Origin: an uncultured Acidimicrobiales bacterium
GTDB lineage: Bacteria; Actinomycetota; Acidimicrobiia; Acidimicrobiales; DATKAS01
Length of the DNA stretch: 64,000 bases
NCBI GenBank assembly: GCA_963733765.1
Contig: CAVTEI010000003.1
Location: forward strand, 1,935,711 to 1,999,710
Direction: 5' to 3'
Shown piece after piece: positions 29,230 to 38,526 of this stretch. The position numbers and the translations under genes were made by a program. The number at the start of each line of letters is the position of its first letter. The first letter of the stretch is position 1. The notes beneath the pieces are model-generated. The model was not told the origin of the DNA. It did not search any database and saw only the letters and a program-made list of their open reading frames with translations.

Positions 29230-29514
29230 GTGCACGTGCTGACCCTCTCCGTCGATCTGCACCTGCCGGAGTCCCGTTCGCTGAAGATGAAGCGCAGCGT
29301 GGTGAAATCGATCGTCGAGGGTGCGCGCCGTCGGTTCTCGGTCGCCGCCGCCGAGGTCGAGCATCAAGACCAGTGGCAGCGGGCGGGGCTCGGCTTCGCG
29401 ATCGTGGCGAACAGCCAGCACCACGCGACCGATGTCATCGACGAGGTCGAGCGGTTCGTGTGGTCCCATCCGGAGGTGCAGGTGCTGAAGACCGAACGGA
29501 GGTGGCTCGAATGA
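29230..29514 (+). CDS. DUF503 (YlxP-like) protein
   Basis: 94 aa, GTG start; VLTLSVDLHLPESRSLKMKRSVVKSIVEGARRRF.... Conserved position between infB and rbfA. Confidence 0.8.
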   Translation: MHVLTLSVDLHLPESRSLKMKRSVVKSIVEGARRRFSVAAAEVEHQDQWQRAGLGFAIVANSQHHATDVIDEVERFVWSHPEVQVLKTERRWLE

Positions 29515-29894
29515 CACCTCCCAGGCGCCGCCGCGCGCAGACGCCCCGGCAATACCCGCGCACCGCTCGCATCAACGAGCTCGTCCGGGAAATCGCGGCG
29601 GAGGAGATCGAACGCATCGACGACGAGCGGCTCGAGCTCGTCGCCATCACCTCGGTCGACGTCGATTCCGACCTGCGTCATGCAGTTGTGTGGTTCGACA
29701 GCCTCCGCGGCGAAGCGGACGACGAGGCCGTGCTCGAGGCATTCGGTGACGCGCGGATCGCTCTCCAAGCGGCAATAGGCCGCCAGGCTCGGCTCAAGCG
29801 CACTCCCACGCTGTCGTTCAAGCCCGACCCGGCGATTCGTACCGCTGAACGGGTCGAGCAGATCATCCGGGAGCAGCAGCGCGACGATGGCTGA
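29511..29894 (+). CDS. rbfA: ribosome-binding factor A
   Basis: ATG 29511 overlaps the DUF503 stop (ATGA). RTARINELVREIAAEEIERIDDERLELVAITSVDVDSDLRHAVVWF. Confidence 0.88.
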   Translation: MTPPRRRRAQTPRQYPRTARINELVREIAAEEIERIDDERLELVAITSVDVDSDLRHAVVWFDSLRGEADDEAVLEAFGDARIALQAAIGRQARLKRTPTLSFKPDPAIRTAERVEQIIREQQRDDG

Positions 29895-30750
29895 GGGGTT
29901 CGCGGTTGTCGACAAGGCGGCGGGCTTGACCTCGCACGACGTCGTCGCACGCGCCCGCAAGGTGCTGAGCGAACGACGTGTCGGCCACGCCGGCACGCTC
30001 GATCCAGACGCGACGGGCATCCTCCTGCTCGGCGTGGGCCGCGTGACGCGCCTGCTTCGCTTCCTCACCGCGTTGCCGAAGACCTACACCGGCGAAGTGG
30101 TGTTCGGCGTCGAGACCTCCACGCTCGACGCGTCCGGAGAAGTCGTCGCGACGTACGAGATGCATCCGCAGCCGGAAGCGGTGGGTGCGGCAGCGGCGGC
30201 CCTCACCGGTCCGATCATGCAAGTGCCGCCGATGGTGTCTGCACTGAAGGTGGATGGACGCCGGTTGTACGAGCTCGCACGCGAGGGCATCGAGGTCGAG
30301 CGGGAGGCCCGGCCTGTCACCATCCATCGCTTCGAAGTCGCGCCGACGGGCGATCCGCTCGTCTATGCGATCACGGTCGAGTGCTCCTCGGGCACCTATG
30401 TCCGTTCCCTCGCCTCTGACCTCGGGCATCACCTCGGCGGGGGCGCCCACCTGCGCGCGTTGCGGCGTACCGCCGTCGGTTCCTTCACCGAGTCGGAGGC
30501 GACATCGGTGGAGGATGTCGTGCTCGCGCCCGCCGCTGTTGCGCTGCGCGACTACCCGCGGGTCGAGGTGAGTGCTCCGGTGGCCGCCGCGATCGCCCAC
30601 GGCAAGGCTATGACTCGCCACGATCTCGTCGTCGAGGGCGACGGACCGTGGGCCGTCGTCGACGCCGACGGCGTGTTGCTCGCGGTGTACGAGGTCGGGT
30701 CCGTGGTCGGGGTCGTGAAGCCCGCCGTCGTGCTCGCGTCCGCGGGCTGA
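29887..30750 (+). CDS. truB: tRNA pseudouridine(55) synthase
   Basis: GFAVVDKAAGLTSHDVVARARKVL...VGHAGTLDPDATGILLLGVG is canonical TruB. It overlaps rbfA by 8 nt. Confidence 0.93.
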   Translation: MAEGFAVVDKAAGLTSHDVVARARKVLSERRVGHAGTLDPDATGILLLGVGRVTRLLRFLTALPKTYTGEVVFGVETSTLDASGEVVATYEMHPQPEAVGAAAAALTGPIMQVPPMVSALKVDGRRLYELAREGIEVEREARPVTIHRFEVAPTGDPLVYAITVECSSGTYVRSLASDLGHHLGGGAHLRALRRTAVGSFTESEATSVEDVVLAPAAVALRDYPRVEVSAPVAAAIAHGKAMTRHDLVVEGDGPWAVVDADGVLLAVYEVGSVVGVVKPAVVLASAG

Positions 30751-30765
30751 CCGTTAGGGTTCGCC

Positions 30766-30793
30766 CGGTGGAGGTGATGCGGTGGAGGTGATC
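30766..30793. repeat. 14-bp tandem duplication containing a full Shine-Dalgarno sequence at the ribF start
   Basis: cggtggaggtgatg (30766-30779) is followed by cggtggaggtgatc (30780-30793). GGAGGTGAT(C) complements the conserved 16S rRNA 3' tail. Confidence 0.9.
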
Positions 30794-31723
30794 CGCGACG
30801 GCGACCCGTGCCCGCATCCGCCCGAGGGCAGCGTGGTCACGATCGGCGTGTACGACGGGGTGCATCTCGGGCATCGCGCGGTCATCGCAGAGGTGAAGCT
30901 CCGAGCCGCCGAGCTCGGCGCGCGTTCGGCGGTCGTAACGTTCGATCGTCATCCGGCTGCGGTCGTGCGCCCCGAGTCCGCGCCCCTCCTGCTGACCGAC
31001 CTCGACCAACGGCTGGCCCGCATCAAGGCGACGGGGGTCGACTACACCGTCGTGATCACGTTCGACGAGGCGCGGTCAGCGGAGTCCGCGGAGGACTTCG
31101 TCGAGCACGTCCTCGTCGAATGCCTGAAGGCTCGGGGTGTCGTCGTTGGCGAGGACTTCCACTTCGGGCACCGGCGCGCCGGCAACGTCGCCCTCCTCCA
31201 GGAGATGGGGGCCGTCCACCGCTTCGAGGTCGAGCCGCTCGGTCTCGTCGCACCGACGGGGGAGCGCGAACCGGTGTCGTCCACCGCCATCAGACAGGCG
31301 CTGGCGGGTGGCGATCTCGAGACTGCTACGGCGATGCTCGGTCGATATCACGAGGTCTGGGGTGTGGTCGTCGTCGGCGACCGGCGGGGCCGCCAACTCG
31401 GCTTTCCGACCGCGAACGTGGCGGCGTCCCCCGAGATCGCCCTCCCCGCGGATGGCATCTACGCGGGCTGGTACGAGCGGCCCGACGGATCGGTCCACCC
31501 CGCCGCGCTGTCGGTGGGACGCCGGCCAACCTTCTATCCCGACCAGCCGTACTCCCTGCTCGAGGCCTACCTCCTGGGGTTCGACGGAGACCTCTACGGC
31601 GAGCGGGCCAAGGTGCGGTTCGTGGCCCGCCTCCGCGACGAGCTGCGGTTCGACTCCGTCGAGGCCCTGGTCACGCAGATGCGGGCCGACGTGGCCGCAG
31701 CCAGGGCGGTGCTGGTAACCTGA
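30782..31723 (+). CDS. ribF: bifunctional riboflavin kinase / FAD synthetase
   Basis: [19 protein letters not shown] (nucleotidyltransferase motif) and a C-terminal kinase domain (GFPTANV...). GTG 30782 lies 7 nt after the first GGAGG; GTG 30788 is an alternative start. Confidence 0.9.
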   Translation: MEVIRDGDPCPHPPEGSVVTIGVYDGVHLGHRAVIAEVKLRAAELGARSAVVTFDRHPAAVVRPESAPLLLTDLDQRLARIKATGVDYTVVITFDEARSAESAEDFVEHVLVECLKARGVVVGEDFHFGHRRAGNVALLQEMGAVHRFEVEPLGLVAPTGEREPVSSTAIRQALAGGDLETATAMLGRYHEVWGVVVVGDRRGRQLGFPTANVAASPEIALPADGIYAGWYERPDGSVHPAALSVGRRPTFYPDQPYSLLEAYLLGFDGDLYGERAKVRFVARLRDELRFDSVEALVTQMRADVAAARAVLVT

Positions 31724-31830
31724 TCGGGTCCGTCGCGGCCGATCGCTGCGACGTGATGCGCCGCCAAGGCTTTCCGGCCTCGTCAGCGCGCCTTCCCGCC
31801 CACCGTGGGCGCCGAAGCAGAAAGCGAGCC

Positions 31831-32088
31831 ATGTCCGACAAGTCCACGACGATCTCCGCGCACCGCCTCCACGATTCCGACACCGGATCCCCCGAGGTGC
31901 AGATCGCGCTCCTGACCGATCGCATCAATCAGCTCACCGAGCATCTGAAGGTCCACAAGAAGGACCATCACAGCCGCCGGGGTCTGCTCATGCTCGTCGG
32001 TCGCCGCCGTCGCCTCCTCGACTACGTCCGTGCGAACGACGTCGAGCGCTACCGCGGGATCATCGCCAAGTTGGGCCTGCGCCGCTAA
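31831..32088 (+). CDS. rpsO: 30S ribosomal protein S15
   Basis: ...[56 protein letters not shown]... is canonical S15. In the track it is hidden at the end of ORF 30808-32088. Confidence 0.93.
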   Translation: MSDKSTTISAHRLHDSDTGSPEVQIALLTDRINQLTEHLKVHKKDHHSRRGLLMLVGRRRRLLDYVRANDVERYRGIIAKLGLRR

Positions 32089-32134
32089 CGCAACACCGCA
32101 ACACAACACACCGAGCGGCTCCGAGGTCAGCTGC

Positions 32135-32230
32135 CAGTCGCCGGTCTCCCGAACTGATTTTTCTTGGCGCTGCGGGGTCGTACAGACCCGAGAACGCCAA
32201 GAGAACCAGCGTTGGGGAGACTGCCGACTG
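32135..32230 (+). promoter_or_regulatory. long irregular hairpin in the rpsO-pnp intergenic leader (candidate RNase III processing / pnp autoregulation site)
   Basis: Outer stem 32135-32150 pairs with 32215-32230 (15 of 16 positions, including one G-U; one C-C mismatch). Inner stems: ttcttggcg / cgccaag(ag)aa (32161-32169 / 32195-32205) and gggtc / gaccc (32175-32179 / 32185-32189). Confidence 0.55.
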
Positions 32231-32296
32231 GGAACTGGCCGCCCGCCGCTCCAGAACGGGGCCGCCACAGGGGCGAGCACCCGAGAGGAGGTCCGC

Positions 32297-34747
32297 GTGG
32301 CGGACATCACATCCGTATCGGCGCCGATTGGCGGCACCGACAAGACCCTTACCTTCGAGACCGGCCGTCTGGCCCAGCAGAGCCAAGGCTCAGTGGTCGG
32401 CAAGCTCGGCGAGACCGTCGTGCTCGTCACGGCGAACGCCGCGAAGGGCGTGCGTGAAGGCATCGACTTCTTTCCTTTGACGGTCGACGTCGAGGAGCGC
32501 GCCTACGCCGCCGGCAAGATCCCCGGCTCGTTCTTCCGCCGGGAAGGGCGGCCCAACGACGCCGCCATCCTCACATGCCGGCTCATCGACCGGCCGCTGC
32601 GCCCGTCGTTCCCGGACGGCTACCGCAACGAGACCCAAGTCGTGGTCACGGTGCTCGGCGCCGACCAGGACAACCCGCACGACGTGCTGTCGATCAACGC
32701 CGCGTCCGCGTCGCTGATGCTCTCGGGCATCCCCTTCGATGGCCCGATCGGCGCAGTCCGCGTCGCGTACGACACCGACGGCGAGTGGATCGCGTATCCG
32801 ACGTATGAAGAAGGTGACGCCAGCACGTTCGAGCTCGTCGTTGCCGGCCGCGAGCTCGCCGATGGCGATGTCGCGATCATGATGGTCGAGGCCGGTGGCA
32901 CCGAGAAGGCCTGGTCGTACTACGAGGCCGGCGCGCCGAAGGTGAGCGAAGAAGTCATCGCCGCCGGGCTCGAGGCGTCGAAGCGGTGGATCAAGGAGTC
33001 GATCGCACTCCAGCGCGACCTCGTCGCCAAGGCCGGCGTGCACGAGCCGATCCCCTACACGCCGATCGTCGACTACGGCGACGACGTGTGGGAGCGGGTA
33101 TCCGCAGTGGGGTCGTCGAAGCTCGACCCGGCAACGCGCATCGTCATCAAGGCGGAGCGCAACGAGGCGATCGACACGGCGACGGCGGAGATCATCGCCG
33201 AGCTGTCCGGTGAGTTCGTCGGACGCGAGAAGGAGATCAAGGAAGCCGCTCGCTCGCTCACGAAGAAGCTGGTGCGCAAGCGGATCGTCGAGGACGGAGT
33301 GCGCATCGACGGCCGCGGCGCCACCGACATCCGGCCGCTGTCGGCGGAGGTCGGTGTCGTGCCGACCGCGCACGGCTCGGGGCTGTTCCAGCGCGGCGAG
33401 ACGCAGGTGCTCAACATCTGCACGCTTGCGATGCCGCGGATGAACCAGCTGCTCGACACGATTGGTCCCGACACCAACAAGCGCTACATGCACCACTACA
33501 ACATGCCTCCCTCGGCCAACGGCGAGGTCGGTCGCGTGGGTTCGCCCAAGCGCCGCGAGATCGGCCACGGCTTGCTCGCCGAGCGCGCGCTGCTGCCGGT
33601 CGTGCCCAGCCAGGAGGAGTTCGCCTACACGCTGCGCCTCGTGTCCGAGGTGCTCGCCTCGAACGGGTCGACGTCGATGGCGTCGGTCTGCGCATCGAGC
33701 CTTTCGCTGATGGACGCGGGTGTGCCGATCAAGGCGCCGGTCGCGGGCATCGCGATGGGTCTCGTGTTCGCCGAGGGGCGTTACACCACGCTCACCGACA
33801 TCCTCGGCGCCGAAGACGCGTTCGGCGACATGGACTTCAAGGTGGCCGGCACGGCGGACTTCGTCACCGCCCTGCAGCTCGACACCAAGATCGACGGCAT
33901 CCCCGCCGACGTCCTGGCCGCCGCGCTGCAGCAGGCACGCGAGGCCCGCCTCGCGATCCTCGATGTCATGAACGCGACGATCGCCGAACCCAGGCCCGAG
34001 GTGAACGACACCGCGCCGAAGATCATCAGCTTCACGATCCCGATGGACAAGATCGGTGAGGTGATCGGCCCCAAGGGCAAGGTCATCAACACGATCCAGC
34101 AGGAGACGGGCGCGGACATCGCGGTCGACGACGACGGCGTCGTCGGCACCGTGACGATCGGCTCCGTCGACGGCGGCGCGGTTGCCGAGGCTCGCCGTCA
34201 GATCGAGCTGATCATCAACCCGCCGAGCGCGTCGGTGGGCGAGGTGTACGCCGGCAAGGTCGTGAACATCACGAAGTTCGGCGCCTTCGTCAACATCCTC
34301 CCGGGTCGGGATGGCCTCGTGCACATCTCCAAGCTCGGGCGGGGCAAGCGCATCGAGCGGGTCGAGGACGTGCTCGAGCTCGGCGACGAGATCATGGTGA
34401 GGGTCGACGACATCGACCCGAACGGCAAGGTCTCGTTGACGCCGATCGGCGAGGGCGACGACGCCGCTGACAGCGACGGTGAGTCGGCGTCCAGCCGGCC
34501 GCCCCGGTCCTCCGGCGCGTCGAGCTCCGGCTCGTCCGGCGGCGCGTCCAGCAGCGCATCCGGCGGCGCATCCGCGGTCTCGTTCGAGGACTCGTTCGAC
34601 GCTGAGGCACGGGAGCAGTTCGGCGACCTGGGCCCGGCGACAGCGGGAGCGTCGACGGGCGGTCGTCCGCCCAGCAACGACCGGGGCAGCGACCGTGGCC
34701 GCGGGCCGCGGCGCAGTGGTGGCAGCGGGGGCGGCCGCCGTCGCTGA
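32297..34747 (+). CDS. pnp: polyribonucleotide nucleotidyltransferase (PNPase) with Ser/Gly- and Arg/Gly-rich C-terminal tail
   Basis: GTG 32297 after GAGAGGAGG. Two RNase PH domains, KH and S1 (GEVYAGKVVNITKFGAFVNILPGRDGLVHISKL). The tail ends ...GRPPSNDRGSDRGRGPRRSGGSGGGRRR*. Confidence 0.95.
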   Translation: MADITSVSAPIGGTDKTLTFETGRLAQQSQGSVVGKLGETVVLVTANAAKGVREGIDFFPLTVDVEERAYAAGKIPGSFFRREGRPNDAAILTCRLIDRPLRPSFPDGYRNETQVVVTVLGADQDNPHDVLSINAASASLMLSGIPFDGPIGAVRVAYDTDGEWIAYPTYEEGDASTFELVVAGRELADGDVAIMMVEAGGTEKAWSYYEAGAPKVSEEVIAAGLEASKRWIKESIALQRDLVAKAGVHEPIPYTPIVDYGDDVWERVSAVGSSKLDPATRIVIKAERNEAIDTATAEIIAELSGEFVGREKEIKEAARSLTKKLVRKRIVEDGVRIDGRGATDIRPLSAEVGVVPTAHGSGLFQRGETQVLNICTLAMPRMNQLLDTIGPDTNKRYMHHYNMPPSANGEVGRVGSPKRREIGHGLLAERALLPVVPSQEEFAYTLRLVSEVLASNGSTSMASVCASSLSLMDAGVPIKAPVAGIAMGLVFAEGRYTTLTDILGAEDAFGDMDFKVAGTADFVTALQLDTKIDGIPADVLAAALQQAREARLAILDVMNATIAEPRPEVNDTAPKIISFTIPMDKIGEVIGPKGKVINTIQQETGADIAVDDDGVVGTVTIGSVDGGAVAEARRQIELIINPPSASVGEVYAGKVVNITKFGAFVNILPGRDGLVHISKLGRGKRIERVEDVLELGDEIMVRVDDIDPNGKVSLTPIGEGDDAADSDGESASSRPPRSSGASSSGSSGGASSSASGGASAVSFEDSFDAEAREQFGDLGPATAGASTGGRPPSNDRGSDRGRGPRRSGGSGGGRRR

Positions 34748-36044
34748 GCGGTCCCGCATCGAGACGACCGAGCTGGCTTCGGGTGTCCGCGTCATCACTG
34801 AGCGGATGCCCGAGGCCCGATCGGCGTGCGTCGGCGTGTGGGTGGGTGTCGGCGCACGCGACGAGCCCGAAGCGCTGAGCGGCGTCTCGCACTTCCTCGA
34901 GCACCTGCTGTTCAAGGGCAGCGAGACGCGCACGGCCCGCGACATCGCGCAAGCGATCGATCGCGTCGGCGGCGACATGAACGCGTTCACGGCGAAGGAG
35001 TACACGGCGTACGTCACGCGGCTCCCGAGCCGGCACCTCGATCTCGGGATCGACGTGCTCGCCGACGTCTTGAGCGCTCCATCGTTGCGCGACGGCGACA
35101 TCGAGGCCGAGCGCCAGGTGATCCTGGAAGAGCTCATGATGGACGAGGACACGCCCGACGACCGGGCGCACACGCTTGTCTTCGAGGCATTGTTTCCCGG
35201 CCACCCGCTCGGGCGGGAGACCGCAGGCAGCGCGGACACGGTCGGCGCCATCGCTCCCGACGAGATTCGCGACTTCTTCGATGCGAAGTACGGACCGTCG
35301 GCATTCGTGGTTGCCGCCGCAGGTGATGTCCATCACGCCCACGTGGTCGCTGAGGTCGAGGCCAAGATGCGCTCGACCCGGGACGTCACTGACGTGGAGC
35401 GCACGCCGCCGATCGAGCCGTCCCGCCGCCTTTCCGTGCTCAAGCGACCTATCGAGCAGGCCCATCTGGCACTCGGGTTTCGCACGTTCGGCCGTCTCGA
35501 CCCGGACCGTGAGGCGCTCGAGGTGCTGAACCATGTCCTCGGGGGAGGCATGTCGAGCCGTTTGCTCCAGACGATCCGCGAGGACCGTGGCCTCGCCTAC
35601 TCAGTGTTCTCGGCGCACACCGAGTTCTGCGACGCCGGCGCGCTGACGATCTACGCGGCGACGACGCCGGGTCGCGTCGACGCGGTGCTCGACCTCGTCG
35701 ACGAAGAGCTCGAGCGCCTGCAGGCCGACGGCATCACCGCGGACGAGCTCGAGGTCGCGCTCGGCTATCTCGAGGGTTCGTTGGTGCTCGGCTTGGAGGA
35801 CTCGGGCAGCCGCATGGCACGGCTAGGCGGGTCGCTCACCGTCCGCGGCTATGTGCGCACGATCGAAGAGCAGCTCGCGCTGTATCACGCGGTGACCGTC
35901 GAACACGTCGCGAAGGTCGCGGAGCGAGTGCTCTCGGCCGCTCCGTCCCTGGCGGTCGTCGGCCCCGTCTCGAAGCGGACGCTGCAGTCGCGAGTCGCGC
36001 GGAGCGCGGTAAGTCAGACGATCGTCGTCGTCTTGCCCAGGTAG
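34716..36044 (+). CDS. M16 family zinc peptidase (pitrilysin/PepR-like)
   Basis: Inverted zinc motif HFLEHLLFKG. Conserved position after pnp. Start uncertain (GTG 34716/34719, overlapping the pnp 3' end). Confidence 0.85.
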   Translation: MVAAGAAAVAERSRIETTELASGVRVITERMPEARSACVGVWVGVGARDEPEALSGVSHFLEHLLFKGSETRTARDIAQAIDRVGGDMNAFTAKEYTAYVTRLPSRHLDLGIDVLADVLSAPSLRDGDIEAERQVILEELMMDEDTPDDRAHTLVFEALFPGHPLGRETAGSADTVGAIAPDEIRDFFDAKYGPSAFVVAAAGDVHHAHVVAEVEAKMRSTRDVTDVERTPPIEPSRRLSVLKRPIEQAHLALGFRTFGRLDPDREALEVLNHVLGGGMSSRLLQTIREDRGLAYSVFSAHTEFCDAGALTIYAATTPGRVDAVLDLVDEELERLQADGITADELEVALGYLEGSLVLGLEDSGSRMARLGGSLTVRGYVRTIEEQLALYHAVTVEHVAKVAERVLSAAPSLAVVGPVSKRTLQSRVARSAVSQTIVVVLPR

Positions 36045-37559
36045 CGGTCGCGGAGCAGCCGCTTGTAGAGCTTGCCGGTGGGAAGGCGGGGGAGCTCTGC
36101 CTCGAAGTCGATGGATCGAGGCACTTTGAACCCCGCGAGCTGCTCGCGTGCGAATGCCGTGAGCTCACGCGGCGAGGTCCTCTGACCCGTCGACCCCGTC
36201 GATCGGTTGCACTACCGCCTTCACTTGCTCGCCGAAGTCGTCGTCAGGAACGCCGAAGACGGCGACGTCGGCGACGCTCGGATGTGCGATCAGCACGTCC
36301 TCGATCTCGCGGGGATAGATGTTCACCCCGCCCGAGATGATCATGTACGCCTTGCGGTCGGTGAGGAACAGGTAGCCGTCGTCGTCGACGTACCCGACAT
36401 CACCGAGCGTGGAGCGTCCACCGGGCAGTCGCGCACCCTCGGTCTTCTCGGGTGCGTTGTGGTACTCGAACTGGCCGGCGCCGGAGAAGTAGATCGTCCC
36501 CTCGGCGTTGGGCGGAAGGTCGTTGCCTTCCTCGTCGACGATGTGCAGCTTGCCGATCGCGATGCGGCCGACCGACCCTGGGTGTTCGAGCCAATCCTCG
36601 CTCGTGATGAAGGTGGCGCCGTTTCCCTCGGTGCCGGCGTAGTACTCGAGCAAGATCGGTCCCCACCATTCGATGATGCGGCGCTTGACGTCGACCGGGC
36701 ACGGCGCGGCAGCGTGGATCGCGACGCGGTGGCTCGACAGGTCCGGGGCGAGGCGCACCTCGTCGGGCAGCTTCAGCATCCGCACGAACATCGTGGGCAC
36801 CCACTGCGAGTGGGTGACCTTCTCCCGTTCGATGAGCTGCAACGCCTCGGCCGCGTCGAAGTGCTCCATGATGACCACGGTGCCGCCAAAGCGCTGCGCG
36901 GTCACGGAGAACGCGAGCGGCGCGGCGTGGTACATCGGCGCGGGGGAGAGGTAGATCGTGTCCTCGCCCCATCCATAGACGGACGCGCCCCTGAGCACGA
37001 CGGGATCGGGGTCGCTCGGCGCCAGCGTCGGGAGCGGCCGCTTCACGCCTTTCGGCCGGCCGGTCGTGCCCGACGAGTAGAGCATCGCGGCGCCCATGAC
37101 CTCGTCACCGAGCGGCTCGGTTGATGCCGCTGCGAGCGCGGTGTCGTAGTCGTCATAGCCGCCCAGCGCCCCCCCGACCATGAGCCGGGTGTGCACTGCC
37201 GGGATGTCGTGTTCGCCCATCAGCGCGGTCGCGATCTCGGACTTCGCGGTGGAGGTGACGAGTGCGGTCGCCTCGCAGTCGTTCACGATGTAGGCGACCT
37301 CGGGGACCGTGAGGTAGCTGTTGATCGTCGTGACGTAGAGGCCAGAGCGCAGCGCCGCCCATACGACCTCCAGGAACCGGCTCTGATTCTCCATGAACAG
37401 TGCGAGATGGTCGCCCCGCCGCAGCCCTGCGTCGCGTAGCACGTGGGCCAATCGGAGTGAGCGCTCGTCGAGCTCGCGGTAGGTGACGATCTCGCCGGTG
37501 CGTCCCATGATCACGGCGGGTCGGTCGGGCGCGGTCGCGGCATAGGTCCCCGGATACAC
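36014..37559 (-). pseudogene. AMP-dependent acyl-CoA synthetase, frame broken near 36167
   Basis: GTG 37559. AMP-binding motif MLYSSGTTGRPKGV. The track ORF stops at 36165 after ...DGSEDLAA, but the conserved C-terminus ELTAFAREQLAGFKVPRSIDFEAELPRLPTGKLYKRLLRDRYLGKTTTIV* continues in the +1 frame to 36014. Confidence 0.8.
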
Positions 37560-37596
37560 CGCGGTGACCGTAGCGCCGGTGTGTAGCGTGCCGCGG

Positions 37597-38364
37597 ATGA
37601 CGATCCGCGTCGGGGTGTTCGGTGCCGGCGGGCGCATGGGCGCGACGGTGTGCGCCGCGGTCGATGCCGACCCTGCGGTCGAGCTCGTCGCCGCGGTCGA
37701 TCCGTTGCACGAGGGCGAGGAGGTCGCGGGTGGTGTCGTCATCGCGGGTACGCCGCGTGCCCTCGCCGATGCGCACGCCGACGTCGCGGTCGATTTCACC
37801 GTCGCCGAGGCGGCGATGGGCAACCTGCGGTGGTGCGCGATGCACGAGGTGCACGCCGTTGTCGGAACGACGGGCTTCAGTGCGGATGAGCTCGACGAGC
37901 TACGGCATCTGTTCGCCGCCAGCAACTGCATCGTCGCGCCGAACTTCGCAATCGGAGCGGTGCTCATGATGCGCTTTGCCGAGCTCGCTGCGCCCTGGTT
38001 CGAGACAGCCGAGGTCATCGAGCTCCACCACGATCAGAAGGCCGACGCGCCCTCGGGCACGGCGATGCTCACCGTCGACCGCATGGCTGCGGCGTCGTCG
38101 GACTGGGCGCCGGACCCCACGAAGGTCGAGGTCGCCCCCGGCGCCCGTGGCGGGCTCGGGCCGGGCGGCATCCACGTGCACTCGGTGCGCCTACGCGGGC
38201 TCGTTGCTCACCAAGAGGTGCTGCTCGGCACCACCGGCCAGTCGCTGACGATCCGCCACGACTCCTACGACCGCAGCTCGTTCATGCCCGGCGTGCTGCT
38301 CGCGGTGAAGGCGATCAAGGACCGCCCCGGCCTCACGATCGGCCTGGACGCCCTGCTTTTCTAG
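37597..38364 (+). CDS. dapB: 4-hydroxy-tetrahydrodipicolinate reductase
   Basis: MTIRVGVFGAGGRMGATV...IELHHDQKADAPSGTA... is canonical DapB. An in-frame GTG at 37564 is an alternative start. Confidence 0.92.
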   Translation: MTIRVGVFGAGGRMGATVCAAVDADPAVELVAAVDPLHEGEEVAGGVVIAGTPRALADAHADVAVDFTVAEAAMGNLRWCAMHEVHAVVGTTGFSADELDELRHLFAASNCIVAPNFAIGAVLMMRFAELAAPWFETAEVIELHHDQKADAPSGTAMLTVDRMAAASSDWAPDPTKVEVAPGARGGLGPGGIHVHSVRLRGLVAHQEVLLGTTGQSLTIRHDSYDRSSFMPGVLLAVKAIKDRPGLTIGLDALLF

Positions 38365-38434
38365 TCGCCGGGCTCCGCTTCGCTTTGCCCGGCTCCTGCT
38401 CGCTCCGCTCGACAATCGGCTACTTCGCGCACCC

Positions 38435-38453
38435 GGCGGCGCATTGCGCCGCC
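38435..38453. terminator. GC hairpin between convergent dapB and the dapA-like gene
   Basis: ggcggcgc att gcgccgcc, a perfect 8-bp stem. There is no clear U-tract, so the function is uncertain. Confidence 0.3.
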
Positions 38454-38526
38454 AGCTAGCGCCTGCCGCTGGTTTTCGAGCGTGCAGCGGTGTCAGAGAC
38501 CCGATTCCGCCGAGAGAATCAGCTGA

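Noticed and set aside
25894-29517. 1207-aa ORF antisense to infB, the longest ORF in the track
   Set aside because: Its translation is Arg/Gly/Pro-rich low complexity with no recognisable domain. The opposite strand encodes an unmistakable IF-2 with near-100% GC at third positions. Long antisense ORFs are expected at about 70% GC because stop codons are rare.
32390-35251. 953-aa ORF antisense to pnp and the M16 peptidase gene. Similar antisense or alternative-frame ORFs occur at 6871-8295, 9189-10679, 13314-14912, 41437-42885, 52277-54724, 57425-59308 and 58848-60707
   Set aside because: Same reasoning as above. All lie opposite or out of frame to genes with clear homology-type motifs, and their products are Arg/Asp/Gly/His-rich nonsense.
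38370-38412. Imperfect direct repeat (ccgggctccgcttcgct / cccggctcctgctcgct) just after the dapB stop, considered as a small RNA or repeat element
   Set aside because: There are only two diverged copies, with no flanking promoter or terminator signature that I can support. I noted it only as another terminus-proximal duplication.
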